Source of the DNA: Amoebophrya sp. A120
Taxonomy: Eukaryota; Protista; Dinoflagellata
Direction: 5' to 3'
Length of the DNA: 64,000 nucleotides
Assembly: GCA_905178155.1 (NCBI GenBank)
Contig: CAJINV010000002.1
Location: 7,160,743-7,224,742, forward strand
Positions 1 to 12,757 of this stretch are shown piece after piece. A program made the translations under genes and the position numbers. The number at the start of each line of letters is the position of its first letter. The first letter of the stretch is position 1. The notes beneath the pieces are model-generated. The model saw only the letters and a list, made by a program, of their open reading frames with translations, did no database searches and was not told the DNA's origin.

Positions 1-496
1 ACATGCTGCGCCAGCACACGGACACGTTGGTCGAACGCTGCGGTTTCTGCGGGCTTGTTTCTCGCTGCCGCGCAGGAGCCGCAGTGAAGAGCTCCTCATG
101 CTAAATCGTTGTATCTTGCAGCAAATTATTGCCTCTGATGTATCAATTGGTTGATTGGTTTGTTCTGCAGCTAGTGGAGGTCTTCCGCTCGACAATGATT
201 GGCACGGTAGTTCTACTACAACTTGGAAGTTTTGTCTATCATGGGAGCTGCGGGTGGCAATTTTGGATACCAGCAATGGCGGGACCTGCGCGTCTCGCCA
301 AAACGTTCTGGCACCACCAAGTGCGTCCTTTTCATGCACGATCAGTGATGTAGCGGCAATCGTGAATCGTCGTCGTCCACTTCACCGTCCGCTGTGTTTA
401 CAAGAAAGCTCGGACGATCCACAAGTTAATCGCAGCGTCTTGTGGTTCTCGATCGTAGAACTTGTTCGCGGGTGTCGCGCCGCTTGGCTTAGTACC

Positions 497-3400
497 ATGT
501 TGGGAGCGGGTTCTTCTAGAGCTGGCGCCAACGCAGCAATGGTGACAACTTCATCATCTTCCTCCCGTAGTGAGCGCGATTCGTGCAACAATGTGGCTGC
601 CGGTGGCGAGGTGGAGCTTCAAGACATGAGCCTGGGAGGGTTCCTACTGGCCGCAGAAGGACGGGGATACGAGCCATGTCTAAGAACTACGGACCATGAT
701 CATCTCGCTGGTGCGGCCTACGCACTGTCTGCTGGAGCAGGGAAAATAAACGATCGGCGCCTGACCTTTCCCTCTGCAAGCGTCTCGTCTGGAATAGACG
801 ATGTCGATGTGATGAACAGAGGAAGGCAAAAATCGGCACAGATCAAGAACAACAGGTCAAAGAAAACCACTTTTCTCTCACGGATACAGACCAGTTGCGC
901 AACCACCTTCCGGTGCTGCCCCTGCGGAAAAAGATCAGTGCTGGCTGAAGAGTTGTCACAAAGAAAAACAAGTAGCGAACCGACGAAATTCGTCGTGACG
1001 GTGATAATTTTGATTTGGCTTTTCTTTGCGGTGAACCAGATTTGCGCGAACCGCCGCTTCACGCGCGTTCTCGGCACGGAGCCTTGGTTTAAGATCTCTC
1101 AGCCTACGTTGTGCTGTACCGGATGCTTCTTCCTTTGCTGCTTCTTCAGCTTCTTTACGGACAGGTTTAAACCTCTGTTGCCCGGCACGGACTTGTGGCG
1201 AAGCAGGGCGAAGAACAGGAGCTGCGCCGATCAGCAGGCCGCGGTGGGGGGCACAGAAGAACATGCTGTGCCGAAGTTCGGAGCAGAAGGAGGGCGGGCT
1301 GCAAGGACAAGAAGTAAGAGCAACAGAAGAAAAAAGAAGAAGGCGAGATTAGCAAAGCTGCGACTGCAGACGGGCAGTGCCAATAGCACAATCCCTGCAG
1401 GTGGGATTGGATTTGGAGGAAATAGTGGCGAAATTGAGATGCGCAACTTCCAAAAGACCTGCAACGGTAAAGATCTAGAGTCAAGTAGAGCATCTACTTC
1501 TGGAGAGTCGTACACATCAAGCGAAGATGAAGGAAGTTCTTCTAGTGTGTCTTCTTCTTCTGACAGCGACGAAGATGTGGACGAAAAAGCAACAGGCACT
1601 CGTCCTGCAGGGCAAGGACACTTGCATCATGGTGCGAGGACTGACAAAAACCAGTTTCTCGTAAACCAAGATCCTACCCCAAGTAGTGCGCGAGGCAAGA
1701 ACACGACCGCGACAAGACCTCCGCTCCTAATTGCAGGCACGCCTGGCGCACCAGCGGATAAAGACGTCGATGACATGGAAAACGATAATAATGACGATAG
1801 CCCCCCACTGATTATTCCTAGCTACCAATACAAGGGGGTCTATCGCTCGCCTGCAGCCATCAAGTTCCGCGAATACGGCGGCACAAGCAGCGAGGGGGAG
1901 GATACCGCTTTTGACTTTCTGAAAGACGTCCATGGGAAGTCTGAGAAGGAAAAAAGAGAAGCAGAAAGATTGGCTCAAAAACGCAACAAAGCGATTGCGC
2001 ACGAGAGCTGTACTGCGAATGCTAGTAGTGGTGGCGCCGCCCTTGCGGTGGCCACAACTATTTCTCCACCCGCAAAACCACCAGCAGTGGAGGACAACTC
2101 GACGAAGCATGCCTGGCGGCAATTCCTGATCCCGGGAATCGCGCTTCCCTCGCTCCTCGCGACGCAGAAGAAGGCGCACCAACTCAACCCCGGCTCCCCG
2201 TGGCGCATGGAGCCACTGTTGCTGCTCTGGGTCTTCCTCTACGGCCAGTTTTTGAAGATGCGCGAGCGGAGGAGACACGCGCAAAGCGGAGGACCACTAG
2301 AGGAAAATTTCGTGGTATGAAATGCAAAAGCATCGTACTAGTAGTAATCGCATTACAAATTTGCTCAGCATGACAAATGGAATTTCTCATGCTGATTTAC
2401 CTTGAAAAAGAGATTTGTCATGCATAAATGGGATCACTACGAGTACGATACTTTTGCAGAGAATACGTGGCCGAAAACGTTGGCGAGTTTTTCCGGGATC
2501 ACTATCCTGTGCAAAAGTATCGTACTCGTATTGCAGTCATGCATTACAAATTTCTTTCTCAACTCAAATCCGCATTACAAATTTTATTTGTCATGCTGAG
2601 GGAATTTGTCATGCATTTATACGAGTGCGATACTTTTGCAATTCATAATCACAGGTCGCTGACGAAGCGGAAAAGCGACGAGGAATTGAACAAAGTTCCC
2701 TTGCTGTCAGCGGACGAACTGTTGCGGAAGTCGTTCTTCACGCAGGAAAATTATCCAAGTCATGGGGAACATCAAGGGCGTCATCACCGTCGTCGGAGCA
2801 GAAAAAGATCTTCGCACAATAGAAATCGGGACCACACCAGCACGACGACCACAATAGACGAAGAGAAAAAGTCCATCGCCCGGCTGACGCGCGACAGCAC
2901 GCAGGTGCTGTCAACGTTGCTGCAGGATATCAAACCTGTTAGTAGTGAAAACGAGGATGATCCGAATTGTCACGACGAGAACCTACAAAGAAACAAAAAG
3001 CCCCACGACCTAAACCAGTACTACCTCCCGGCGAACAAGGCCACCGCGAACGCCTCCACGTCCTCGACGACCTTACGCGAGACCAAGCGGCTCTCTCTGG
3101 TCGCCCTCGCTCTCACGACGGTCGGGGGTTTCGCTTCCGGGTGGATCCACCACGAATTCAGCATTTTTCACCCGGAGCACCACAAGAACGCGGAAGAGTG
3201 GGATCACTTGTACGAAAAGCTAGAGAGGGATCAGAACTTGCGCAAAGAGGAGCGACTGGAGCGGAAGCGGCAGGCATTCGTCGCAAAATACGGAACTGCT
3301 GGAACTTCTAGTGCAAGTAGCAGGCGGCAAAAAGGAGGACAGCAATTCGGGAGAGCAGGTGGTCATGCTGAAGCGCAAGAGATCGGCGAGGCGAGTGGTC

Positions 3401-6400
3401 CTCCACTGGACCGCGATGGAGTAGTCCTCGGTGGTATCGAAGAAGCTGACCCTCAACACCAATCCATCGAGCAAGTAGATGATGGGTTGTTGAACAGTTC
3501 CTGGGGCTCGAATTTCAATCGTATTGGCGACGAAACTAGAAGACACGTGGATAACGTGTTGGCGAGCATTTTCGGCAGTCAGCATTCGTTCAATGTAGGA
3601 GCTGCACGAGGACCAGGAGACGACGACACCATCGTTGCGGACGAAGGGTTCAATGAAAATGAACCGCGTCAAGGTAGTGGTCCTTTACACCATGATGATG
3701 ATCAGGAAGATCATGAAACTACCAGCAACAGTCGGAAGAAGAAGTACAACAGCTCCAGGACAGGGTCGACCTTGCAATCAGTCAGCGAAGAGGCTGGAGC
3801 ACAATCGGAAAGGGAAGAAGAGAGCGAGGACTTAGAAAACGTAAGTCACGGGGGATCTTCCGGTGCAGCAGCCTCGCATGTTTTTGAGGATCCGGATCCC
3901 AACGAGAGCAGCAGCACACCCGTAGATTCGACCGAAGAGGATGACGCCAGCCTTAATATGCGAAGCCGACCCTCCGCTCCAGTTGTTGTGATGAATTATC
4001 AGCCCCCGCGCGGTAGGCCCGCGGGTGGTGCGCAGAACAAAGCCTCCGCGTCAAAGTCAGAAGGTAGTGACGAGGAAGGCGGCTCTGGACCGCCTGGAGG
4101 AGTTGTGACTCTGGCGGACGGTCGTGCGGAAGGAGCGGTAGAAGAGGTAGACGACAGCATTTTTTCCCATTCTCTGCAAGATGAACAGCCGGATAGTATT
4201 CAAAAGTCCCGCTCTGACCCCACCGGGTTGCGTGGAGTTCCCGTTGACCAGCTAAATCGGAAGAAGCGGAAAAAAGAAAAGCGACGACCCACGCCAACGT
4301 CCATCATCACAAACTTCAACGAGGACGGAACTTCTGCACCGACATCAAACAACATGAAAAAGACCATTTCCGCCGAAGAATACGCGTGGAAGACCGGGGA
4401 TCGCGACTTGCTCTACGACCCGGACAGCACAGAAGACGATGTATGCTCTGCAAAAGTACTTATCATAATACGTATAAATTGCATTGCAAATTCTCCCAAG
4501 AACAAAAATGCAATTTGTCATGCTATTTCAGCTAGAAAGTTGCGTTGGATTTGTCCTGAATATCTGCAATTAGTACGAGTGCGATACTTTTGCACAGGAT
4601 ACAGCGACCAGTTTGACAATTTTCACTGGCACGCCGCGGTCTGGAAGTATCTCCACCAGCACAGCTACCTGCTCGGTGTGTTCGAAATTGGTCCGCACAA
4701 CGCAGAGTTCGTCGGATTGATTTTAGCACTACTGCACTCCATGTGCCAAGCGGTGTTTCTGGTGTCGAGTAAAAGCGCGCTATCCTCCGTGAAGGTGCCG
4801 GTGGTGGGGACGGGTAGAACAAACATGCTCAACAAAATGGCCAGAAATGGAGCAGGTGCTGGCCCAGGTGGATCAGCTACATCCTCTAGTGTGGTCGGTG
4901 CCACCACAACGTTGCCGCCAGGGCGCGGATTTGCAACGAGTTGCTGGATCGGCATGGTGTTCACATTGAGCATTGACGGTTTTATGTGGTTCATGGAACC
5001 GAAGGAAGAGGACATCCGCAGCCATCTGGCCGGGCACGGAAACACCGGAAGTTCCGATGAGGAGGACCCCGCTAGTACATCCCCATACTCATCAACCAGC
5101 ACTCTGGGAGGTGGTAACTCGGCTTCGCGAAACGCGTTCGACGATACTAGTGCTGGCGGAGATGAAGGCGATGGTGGTTCTGGAGGCTCGGCTTCGGGAA
5201 GTGGAAGTGCGGCAGGTGGAACTGGCACTGGTGGTAGGGTTGCCGCTGCAAAGAACCACGGTCCTCTTAAAAATAATATTGGAGCGAACAATGACGGCGC
5301 ATCGGGAGAGCAAGGGGCTCGCGGCCCGACGGCAGCCCCTGCCAATGCCAGTGGCTCAGCTCCTGTCTCTTCAGAAACCGCACCTCCACCTCCCCCCACG
5401 CCCTCGAAATCACCCGCAGCGGGCACGATGGGTCCGCCGAGCGAGCCGCGGTATTCCTCGAAAGATCATTACAATGCGAGAAGCATTACAAAAATCCCAC
5501 GGTCAGGAAGTCAAGAACTCCTCCCTCCCAGTCCATTTTCGCCCGCCGCGGCCTCGCAAGACGGAGGCTCCTCTTCCGACCGGGCGTCCAGTAAGGATAG
5601 CATCGTCAGCCGCAGCGTCCCCCGGCCGGACTTGACCCCGCGGGCCAGCGCGTTGAAGAAGAGGGGGCCGCCGCAGCAGCGGCCCAGCAGCAGCACAGCG
5701 AGCAGCAGCAGTTCCACCACAACATTTGGTGGGACGACGGCGATGCTGGGAGCTGGTGCAAATAGTGCCTCCTCCGCGTCGGACTTAAGTTCGTCACAGG
5801 ACGGAATGTTGACCAGCAACACCGGGGATAGCAGTAACAGTCCTGTCGTGTTTCGGCGGCCGAAAAAGAGGGTTACGTTTGACGGACAGGTGACCAAGAT
5901 TCGCCAGGGGGAAAACGGCCTGGTCTTTAGCTACGAGGAACCTGTGCACCGAGAGGAGCCTGGGGATTACTATTTGGATAGAATGCGGAACGACGTTTTC
6001 GCGGGAGATCCTAGCTTCAACAACCTCCTAGCTCAAGCTCAGGACCACGAACCACCCCCACCCGCACCCCCCCACCCGGGCCGCATCCAGAGGCAGCAGA
6101 CCCCGGTTGCGAGGTCTACGGGTCTCGCGGGGCTGGAGGATGTTGATGCGCTGTCGCATGAGGATGGTGAACCACAATCGTCGGAATTTCAAAATAGCAG
6201 TGTAAGAACCACTATTCATGATCCACCTGGTGAGCAGTCTTTATCTTCGTCCTCCTCGTCTTCAAGGGGACGCGCGGAGGAGCGAAGCGGGCGGGGTCGT
6301 GTACGAGGAGTTGCAGCACGACCAGAAGGGGAAGTTCAACATCAAGGAGTAGACCAGCACCAGCAAGGTGTTGATGGAGGAACTACCTCTTCACAGCGAG

Positions 6401-8956
6401 GAACAATTGCACCAACGCTAGGACATGGACAACAAGGAGCTCCGTCGAATAGCAGGCACTCCGACGACGCCAGGGTTTCGTTTGACGAATTCATGAACGA
6501 TCCGTACAACGAGGCAGAGGTGCCGACCGACAATGGAGAGGGCCTTTTTGTCGGTCGCCGGAAGAATATGCTGCGGGAGTTAGCCCCTGAAGGAAATCAA
6601 CGCGACACCGGCGCAGCTGCACCAAAGGACCTGGATAGCCAGGAGGTGAACAAGTTGAAAGGAATTTTTAAAAGCATACATAGGAAAAAGGCATCAACTG
6701 GGACTGCGGCTGCTGGAGTTGGGGGTGCTGGAGTAGGGCCAGCAGTGGGAGCAGGACAAGATGATAAGAAAGCAAACCCCTTGGCGAACAGCGGTCTTTC
6801 CGCGTTGTCGGGTTCGAAGCGATCCACTGGGCGGAGTAGTTCATCCACTTCGCAGCTCTCGAAGCAGAGCAAGTGGAAGGTCGTGCAAAATGCGATGGAG
6901 CACGGGGACTTGAGTGAGAAGGAAAAGAAGAAAGAGCGGGCAGAGAAGGTGTTCGATATCGTAAAAGCCATGATGCACCGCAGGAGCAATAAAGGTGGTG
7001 GCGGAGGAGCAGGACCACCTCCTGTGAGTCAAAGGGATCCAGCTGGTGGTGGGCCACTCGGCCCGCCGGGCGCAACCCCGTTTCACGGCAGTGGCAGCGG
7101 ATTGGGGAAGATTCTTGCGGGGCTGGGGGGCGGTGGAATAAGCAGTGGATCAGGATTAGCACAGCAGCCAGGCGGGGGGTCTAGGTCTTCAGGCGGGCAA
7201 ATAAACATGGTGGATGGTGGTACGACTTCTGACCAGTCCACTGGAGCAGGACAACATCAGGAAGACCACGACGGGAAAATTAACCCAGTTACCGGCTCCG
7301 CATCAGGCAAGCAGAGCATCTCCGAGCGGGACCACCTGCGGCATTGGGTGCGGTACTACCTGCTGGACTGGATGTGGATGAAGTCCCAGATTCTCACTGC
7401 TTGCAGCGTGTTTTTGATCTTTTTCTGCCAGTACGCGACCAAATTTTGGCTGGTGAAGACGCTGGACATGCTGAACATGACCATTGTCGAGTCGATCAAA
7501 ATGATCTGTACGGTGTTTTTGGTCACCATGTTCCTCGTTCCAGCAACAGCGGGGGGCGGAAGTGGAACTTCAACTGGTGGAGTAGGCGCAACAGGAAGTG
7601 CTAGTCAGTCCTCTGACAGTCAAGACAACTCCGGGGTGGTCTCCGAACTCCAGATTCTTGCCTGTCTCGTCACGATTGCCGGTGGCGCCTTATTTAAAAT
7701 CGCGGAGCACTACGAAAAGATGATCCACAGTCTGCACGACGAGATATGAGAGTGCACAACTCCCCCTCCCCCTCACTTGTATGGCATGAAAAGCAACACA
7801 ATCACCAGCACACCTGAGGCCTGAGCATGGCAAATTCCTGCGCCGACTGTAGTATTTTTGTTTGTTGGGTTTCCACCTGCATAATTTGTCATGCAAGCAG
7901 CGCTACAAGGGAGGCAGCGGCTGGATTTGGGATTTTGCGTGACAAATGATGGGGGAGGGTAGTTGTGCACTGTCAGACGAGAAGAAGAGCGTTGAGAAGG
8001 AGCGGGATCAGGTCGTTGGGACGATGAAGGGCCTCGCGGAGGTGGCGCAACTTCGGCACGAGCGGATGAAGCAGATTAAAGAGGAGGAAGAAAAGGAGAG
8101 AGAGGCCGAAAGGCAGCATGCTGCAGAACAAGAATTGGAGTTACAACAGCGCGAAAATATCAAGCGGCGATCGCACCGCACGTCGAATGATTCCACCAGT
8201 AATTCCTTCCGCCTTTTCCGGAAACCGCCCGAGGAAAAAAAGCGAGGAAACACGATGTCCAGTGATAGGATCAGCGTCGGAAGAGCTAGTGGACAACATC
8301 AAGTTCTTGTGCCCTCTTTCAAGAGGAGCACAGCGTCGAACAAAGCGAAAACGGCGAGTGGTAGGCTGAGTGGTCGGGGGGACAACACATCTGTGGCTGG
8401 TTCTTTGAACTTGAAGAACATCAAAAACGAGGCTGAGCGGAGAACTTCCTCTACCCGGGAGCGCCGGCAGTCCGCCGCGGGTAACAGGATAACGAGCCGC
8501 ACTGGCGAACATCACTTCACTGGGGTAGATGACCAGGAGGAACCTCACGACTTCAGGCGACATGTTGCACCGCGTGACCATCATGCTGCTGAACGCGGTC
8601 CTCGTCAAAGTGACGTACTACAAATAGACACGATCGCGGTCGAGTTGCCAGGTCTAAAAATCCGTGCTCAGGAATACGACCGAGAACTTGAACAAGAGTC
8701 AGCAATGGTGCAGCACAAAGACGGTTCGCACCGACAGTCGTGTACCTCCACGGCGTCGTCCTCATCTCGTGGTCTCAGTGTAACTCCTCCCTTCGCGTCT
8801 GGAGGTCCTCTTCGGAAATCCAAAGTGAACCGAATTCTTACCCGCCCGCGCGGATCCAAGGCGACAAGGGTCGCCGAAACCGAAATGGAAACACTTTGCT
8901 ACTATTCGGCTGGAACGAGCACGTGCCCGGCGACACTGTATCCCACATACGGATAA
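497..8956 (+). CDS. SLC35/triose-phosphate-transporter-like (DMT superfamily) membrane protein with very long low-complexity loops, about 2,580 aa after removing 4 TIR introns
   Basis: ORFs 155..2320, 2428..7749 and 7946..8956 join in frame when the elements at 2316, 2503, 4442 and 7745 (+5 nt each) are removed (ENFV|AENV, RDH|RSL, SLHDE|KKSV). About 9-10 hydrophobic segments; the C-terminal KFWLVKTLDMLNMTIVESIKMICTVFL...LQILACLVTIAGGALF resembles TPT/SLC35 helices 8-10. First ATG is at 497. Family call is by motif recognition. Confidence 0.6.
2316..2465. mobile_element. TIR introner, family A (150 bp)
   Basis: TATGAAATGCAAAAGCATCGTACTAGTAGT...ACTACGAGTACGATACTTTTGCAGAGAATA; perfect flanking direct repeat CGTGG; removing 155 nt restores the frame. 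Confidence 0.92.
2503..2647. mobile_element. TIR introner, family A (145 bp)
   Basis: TATCCTGTGCAAAAGTATCGTACTCGTA...TACGAGTGCGATACTTTTGCAATTCATA; perfect direct repeat ATCAC. Confidence 0.92.
4442..4601. mobile_element. TIR introner, family A (160 bp), decayed direct repeat
   Basis: TATGCTCTGCAAAAGTAC...GATACTTTTGCACAGGATA; flanks CGATG/CAGCG; element+5 = 165 nt, in frame. Confidence 0.85.
7745..7977. mobile_element. TIR introner, family F (233 bp)
   Basis: TATGAGAGTGCACAACTCCCCCTCCCCCTCACTTGT...ACAAATGATGGGGGAGGGTAGTTGTGCACTGTCAGA; perfect direct repeat CGAGA; contains the apparent stop at 7747-7749. Confidence 0.9.
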
Positions 8957-10044
8957 GCCGCATGCGGCAACTTGAAGATGAAACTTTTGCAAAATTCAAA
9001 GGAAAGACCGGCGAAGTAGCATGATTACGATAGATGTGCTGCGTGATGTACTGCTTTGCTACATTGCGAGTAAGAAGAAAATGCTCGCCCTCAGTCACGA
9101 CAGTCCCAGTCGTGTCTGAGTACTATCATGCCGATAGGTCGCGATAGACTTAAATTTTCTCGATTTTTCAAAGTCCAAAAAAACCTTATTGATATCAAGT
9201 CGAGTTCTTCGTTTGCGCGAAAGAGTTTGTTGATTTTGGTACCAAAACTTGTTTTCTACCACATCTATGCAATCTGGCCACTTTATGTCCTTATCCAACC
9301 AAAATTGGCGATTACGGTTTCGAGACAATGTTATTGAAGCTCTGATCGATATAATTGGTGATTGAAACTAGATCAATAGGGCCTGTTTTATTTTGCATGA
9401 TGAACACGATACGCCGCTTTTGACGAGTAGACATATGTGTAAATATTTCACGAAATATAACAGAGATTAGCGTTGTAGCCTTTGAAGGTGGGAGCTGGAA
9501 GAAAGCACCGCCAGGTCGAGGACTTCAGCTTTTGCTGCAAAGAATTCGCCTGCTTCTCTTTATGCTGATCGTATATACTGCGTGTACTCTGGACTGATTG
9601 ATAGTTCTTCCCGAAAAGCAGCTATCTCAGACCTCGTCTGATTCGATGAGATCTGTTAACTTCATGGCATAAGAGAGTTTCATGTTCATTCTCTGTAGTT
9701 GACAGCAACTTACGAAATCAATGCACAGAAGTAAATATGTTTGGTGCCGTGTGCAACAATGTTGCCGCGCTCAACAGTAGTTCTGATTTTTTGTGAAAAA
9801 GCAGGGCGCGTCATTGCAAGTACTTAGGAAAATCTGTTGTAGCGAAAGAAAACTAGAACAACCTCCAAACAAGAAGATATACAGAACGTGAACGATCTCT
9901 ACATCAGAAAGAGCTACATCTGCATCGTGCTCGGTTCGTGATTCGTACCCGCGGGAAAGACCCATGCATACTCGTCATTCGTCTCTAAGTATTTGGTAGC
10001 TCCTAGTCGCTTCAAGCGAATCTGCTTCGCATTTCAACGCAAAA

Positions 10045-12114
10045 ATGGCTGATCTCGACAGAGAACCAGGCGCCGTTCGCGTTCGGTCGTCGGTCGAGGA
10101 GGCTGTGCTGTTGGAGTTGGAGCGCGAGGCTCGGCGAGATGCGGAAACGGACGCGGCCCGCGCTTCAACCTCTGACGAGACATCTGAGTTCTGGCTTGAC
10201 GAAAACCCGATTTTTCGCCTTTCTCTAGACCAGGGACAGGATACCGAGAAGACTCCTGCCACGACGCACGAACGCGATCACGAAAACGCTGCTGCTACAT
10301 CCATCGTAGTCGTTCGGGCACCCGCTAGTTTAGGTGGCGCGCCTGTCTGCCCGGCGTCCCCGTCGAGGGCGAAGGAAGATGAACACGGTGCTGCGGAATC
10401 AACATCATTGGAAGAGCTAGAACTTTGCAGCAACGACGAGGATGACAAGCCCCTTGCCCGGCGTGAGCCTTCTTTCACAAAATTCGAAATCACCTTCATT
10501 CAGGCATCCGGGCGAGAGATCACGCTGCCGATTGTGATTCCGGGGGACGAGGTGCTAAAAACGCCTCCCAATGGGCCAGATTCCGCACCGATAGCAGGAA
10601 ATGACACCGGCCAGAAGGACGAAAGCGCGGTGGCGGAAGTGGCGAAAAAACGTCATACGACAGCCGAGGTTGATGAAGATGGAGATGCTGACGCTTCTCA
10701 GGAGGCTAAGGGAAAACAAGATCGCGGACGAAGCCGAGATACTCGTCGATACTCGCTCGCAGACGAATCCTTGGACGAGGAGGTCAACCGGTTCATCTCC
10801 CATGTTGATTCTCTGCCATCCTCAGCATCCTCGGATGAACCGGAGGACGAGGAGGAGGACTCAGCCGACGATGACTCAGCAGGCGAGGGCTCAGCCGACG
10901 AGGACTCAGCCGACGAGGACTCAGCCGACGAGGACTCAGCGGGCGAGGACTCAGCCGACGAGGACTCAGCCGACGAGGAGTCAGCCGACGAGGACTCATC
11001 CGACGAAGACGAGCTGCCACCGATTACTAGGGACGTCACTTGTCTGTCGTTCGATCCGGGGACCCGGACGATATCGGTCGAAGATGCTCGCTTGGTCTTC
11101 GCGCAAGCTCTCTCAGACCCGCAGAGTTTGTTTTACAACCACGAGGACGGCTCTTGTGAGACTCCGCCGGCGCTGATGTGGCCTGAGCCAGACCGTTTTG
11201 CGAGGTGGTTGCAAAAGAGGGTGGGCGTTGTCTGGCGGATGCCGGCCAAACTCGTGCGCCTGGGAGCGGAGAACGCCGAGGATGTGATGCGGTTCGAAGA
11301 TATGAATCGGGAATTAATATCAGAAGGCGAGGCAGCAAGACAGTGTGGGAAAAATGGCGCCTCTTCTCCCGCTGGAGCGGAAGGCGAAGATGGAGTCGAA
11401 GATGCTGGTGCTTCGACTTCGTCTATGTTGGATTTGCAAGACGCTGCTGTCCGTGTAGAACTTGGTGCTCGCTTGCGGGTTTTCCTTCCATCCTGCAGCA
11501 CTGTTTTGCCGGAACTACATGCGAAACGATGTGAGTTCTTTCGAAATAGAGACGAAACCATTTTTTACGAGGCGGAGTTTTGGGACGAGGCGCTTACCCG
11601 CCGACTCTATTTTAACGAAGAACTTGGTCGTTGTGGGTCGGGTTGTGGCCAACGCGATGAGCTCAACTACATCGAGGAAACCGCGATCAATCTTCACGAG
11701 CGCGAGGCCAGAGAATATGCCCATTCCGTGTTCGTCCCGAACGAAACGGCAACCGAAGAACGCAATTTGGACTTGCGTGACGAACACGTGTACCAGTACA
11801 TGGTGGACCACTATACCATCGATGGAAACAAGGCGCGGGAGCATTTGGGTTCCAACACGTGGCTGACGCAAGACGGCCCCGAGCTTTGCGCAATTTTTTT
11901 CATGGGGCCCACAGTTTACGAGGAGTTGTGCACGTTGGGTGACTTTGCGGAGTTACTGGACGACATAGTCGCTACTGACGACCTTGATGAAATGGGTTTA
12001 GCGCGGGAGGCTATTCATTATTACGACGAGCTCGATCCTGACGGCTACCCATCTGACTCAGAATATTCAAATGAGATAACCGACCGGTATAATCAAACAA
12101 AGTTCTACTTCTAA
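10045..12114 (+). CDS. Hypothetical acidic protein (689 aa), intronless
   Basis: Long ATG-to-stop ORF preceded by AAAA; no recognisable domain. Confidence 0.7.
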   Translation: MADLDREPGAVRVRSSVEEAVLLELEREARRDAETDAARASTSDETSEFWLDENPIFRLSLDQGQDTEKTPATTHERDHENAAATSIVVVRAPASLGGAPVCPASPSRAKEDEHGAAESTSLEELELCSNDEDDKPLARREPSFTKFEITFIQASGREITLPIVIPGDEVLKTPPNGPDSAPIAGNDTGQKDESAVAEVAKKRHTTAEVDEDGDADASQEAKGKQDRGRSRDTRRYSLADESLDEEVNRFISHVDSLPSSASSDEPEDEEEDSADDDSAGEGSADEDSADEDSADEDSAGEDSADEDSADEESADEDSSDEDELPPITRDVTCLSFDPGTRTISVEDARLVFAQALSDPQSLFYNHEDGSCETPPALMWPEPDRFARWLQKRVGVVWRMPAKLVRLGAENAEDVMRFEDMNRELISEGEAARQCGKNGASSPAGAEGEDGVEDAGASTSSMLDLQDAAVRVELGARLRVFLPSCSTVLPELHAKRCEFFRNRDETIFYEAEFWDEALTRRLYFNEELGRCGSGCGQRDELNYIEETAINLHEREAREYAHSVFVPNETATEERNLDLRDEHVYQYMVDHYTIDGNKAREHLGSNTWLTQDGPELCAIFFMGPTVYEELCTLGDFAELLDDIVATDDLDEMGLAREAIHYYDELDPDGYPSDSEYSNEITDRYNQTKFYF
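10858..11010 (+). repeat. 15-bp coding tandem repeat (GACTCAGCCGACGAG, encodes DSADE), about 10 copies
   Basis: Directly visible tandem array. Confidence 0.9.
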
Positions 12115-12757
12115 ATCCATACGAGGCTCGAGCGCGGATATTTCTCATACAAGTGAAGATGACGCTCGAATACCTTTGTGAGTGAGAAGACCAAGATCAA
12201 ATTGTATACATGATCCGACATATTAACTCACAGGAAAGGGAAACCCCAACCAGAAATACAGATGACTTTCTTCCAGTCGCGGTCTCATTAATTTTCGGTC
12301 GCAAAGAGAAAAAAATCAGATGAATCGATGTAGCTCATGGTCGTCCCCAGGGCGGGCACTTACAGTGCGTTCCAGCTCGGCGGATTCGCTGCTCCGCTTG
12401 AGCACAACATCAGAGAGACATGAGTGCAAAAGGAGAGAGGACCGGAGAAGTATCGAAGTAGAAATCGGGGTGAAAGAATTGCGCTTCGATTTCTTCACGA
12501 CCTTTGCGCTGTCACGGAGGGATAGAGAAAAGGGCGATGCTCGTCTTCGCAGCGGCAAATTCATAGCGGAGTGATTGTACGCGGCCTACGCCGCGGGAGC
12601 TACAACTCTCAATGTCGACGTTGTTGCTGGCTGCGATACAAGCCAAGACGGTGATTGCGCGTCCACAACCACATTGACACGCATGCATTTGTCTGTATTT
12701 CTGTATATAGAAGTTCAATCTTCTGGATCTCGTTGCTTGGGAAAGTGAGAAAACGCC

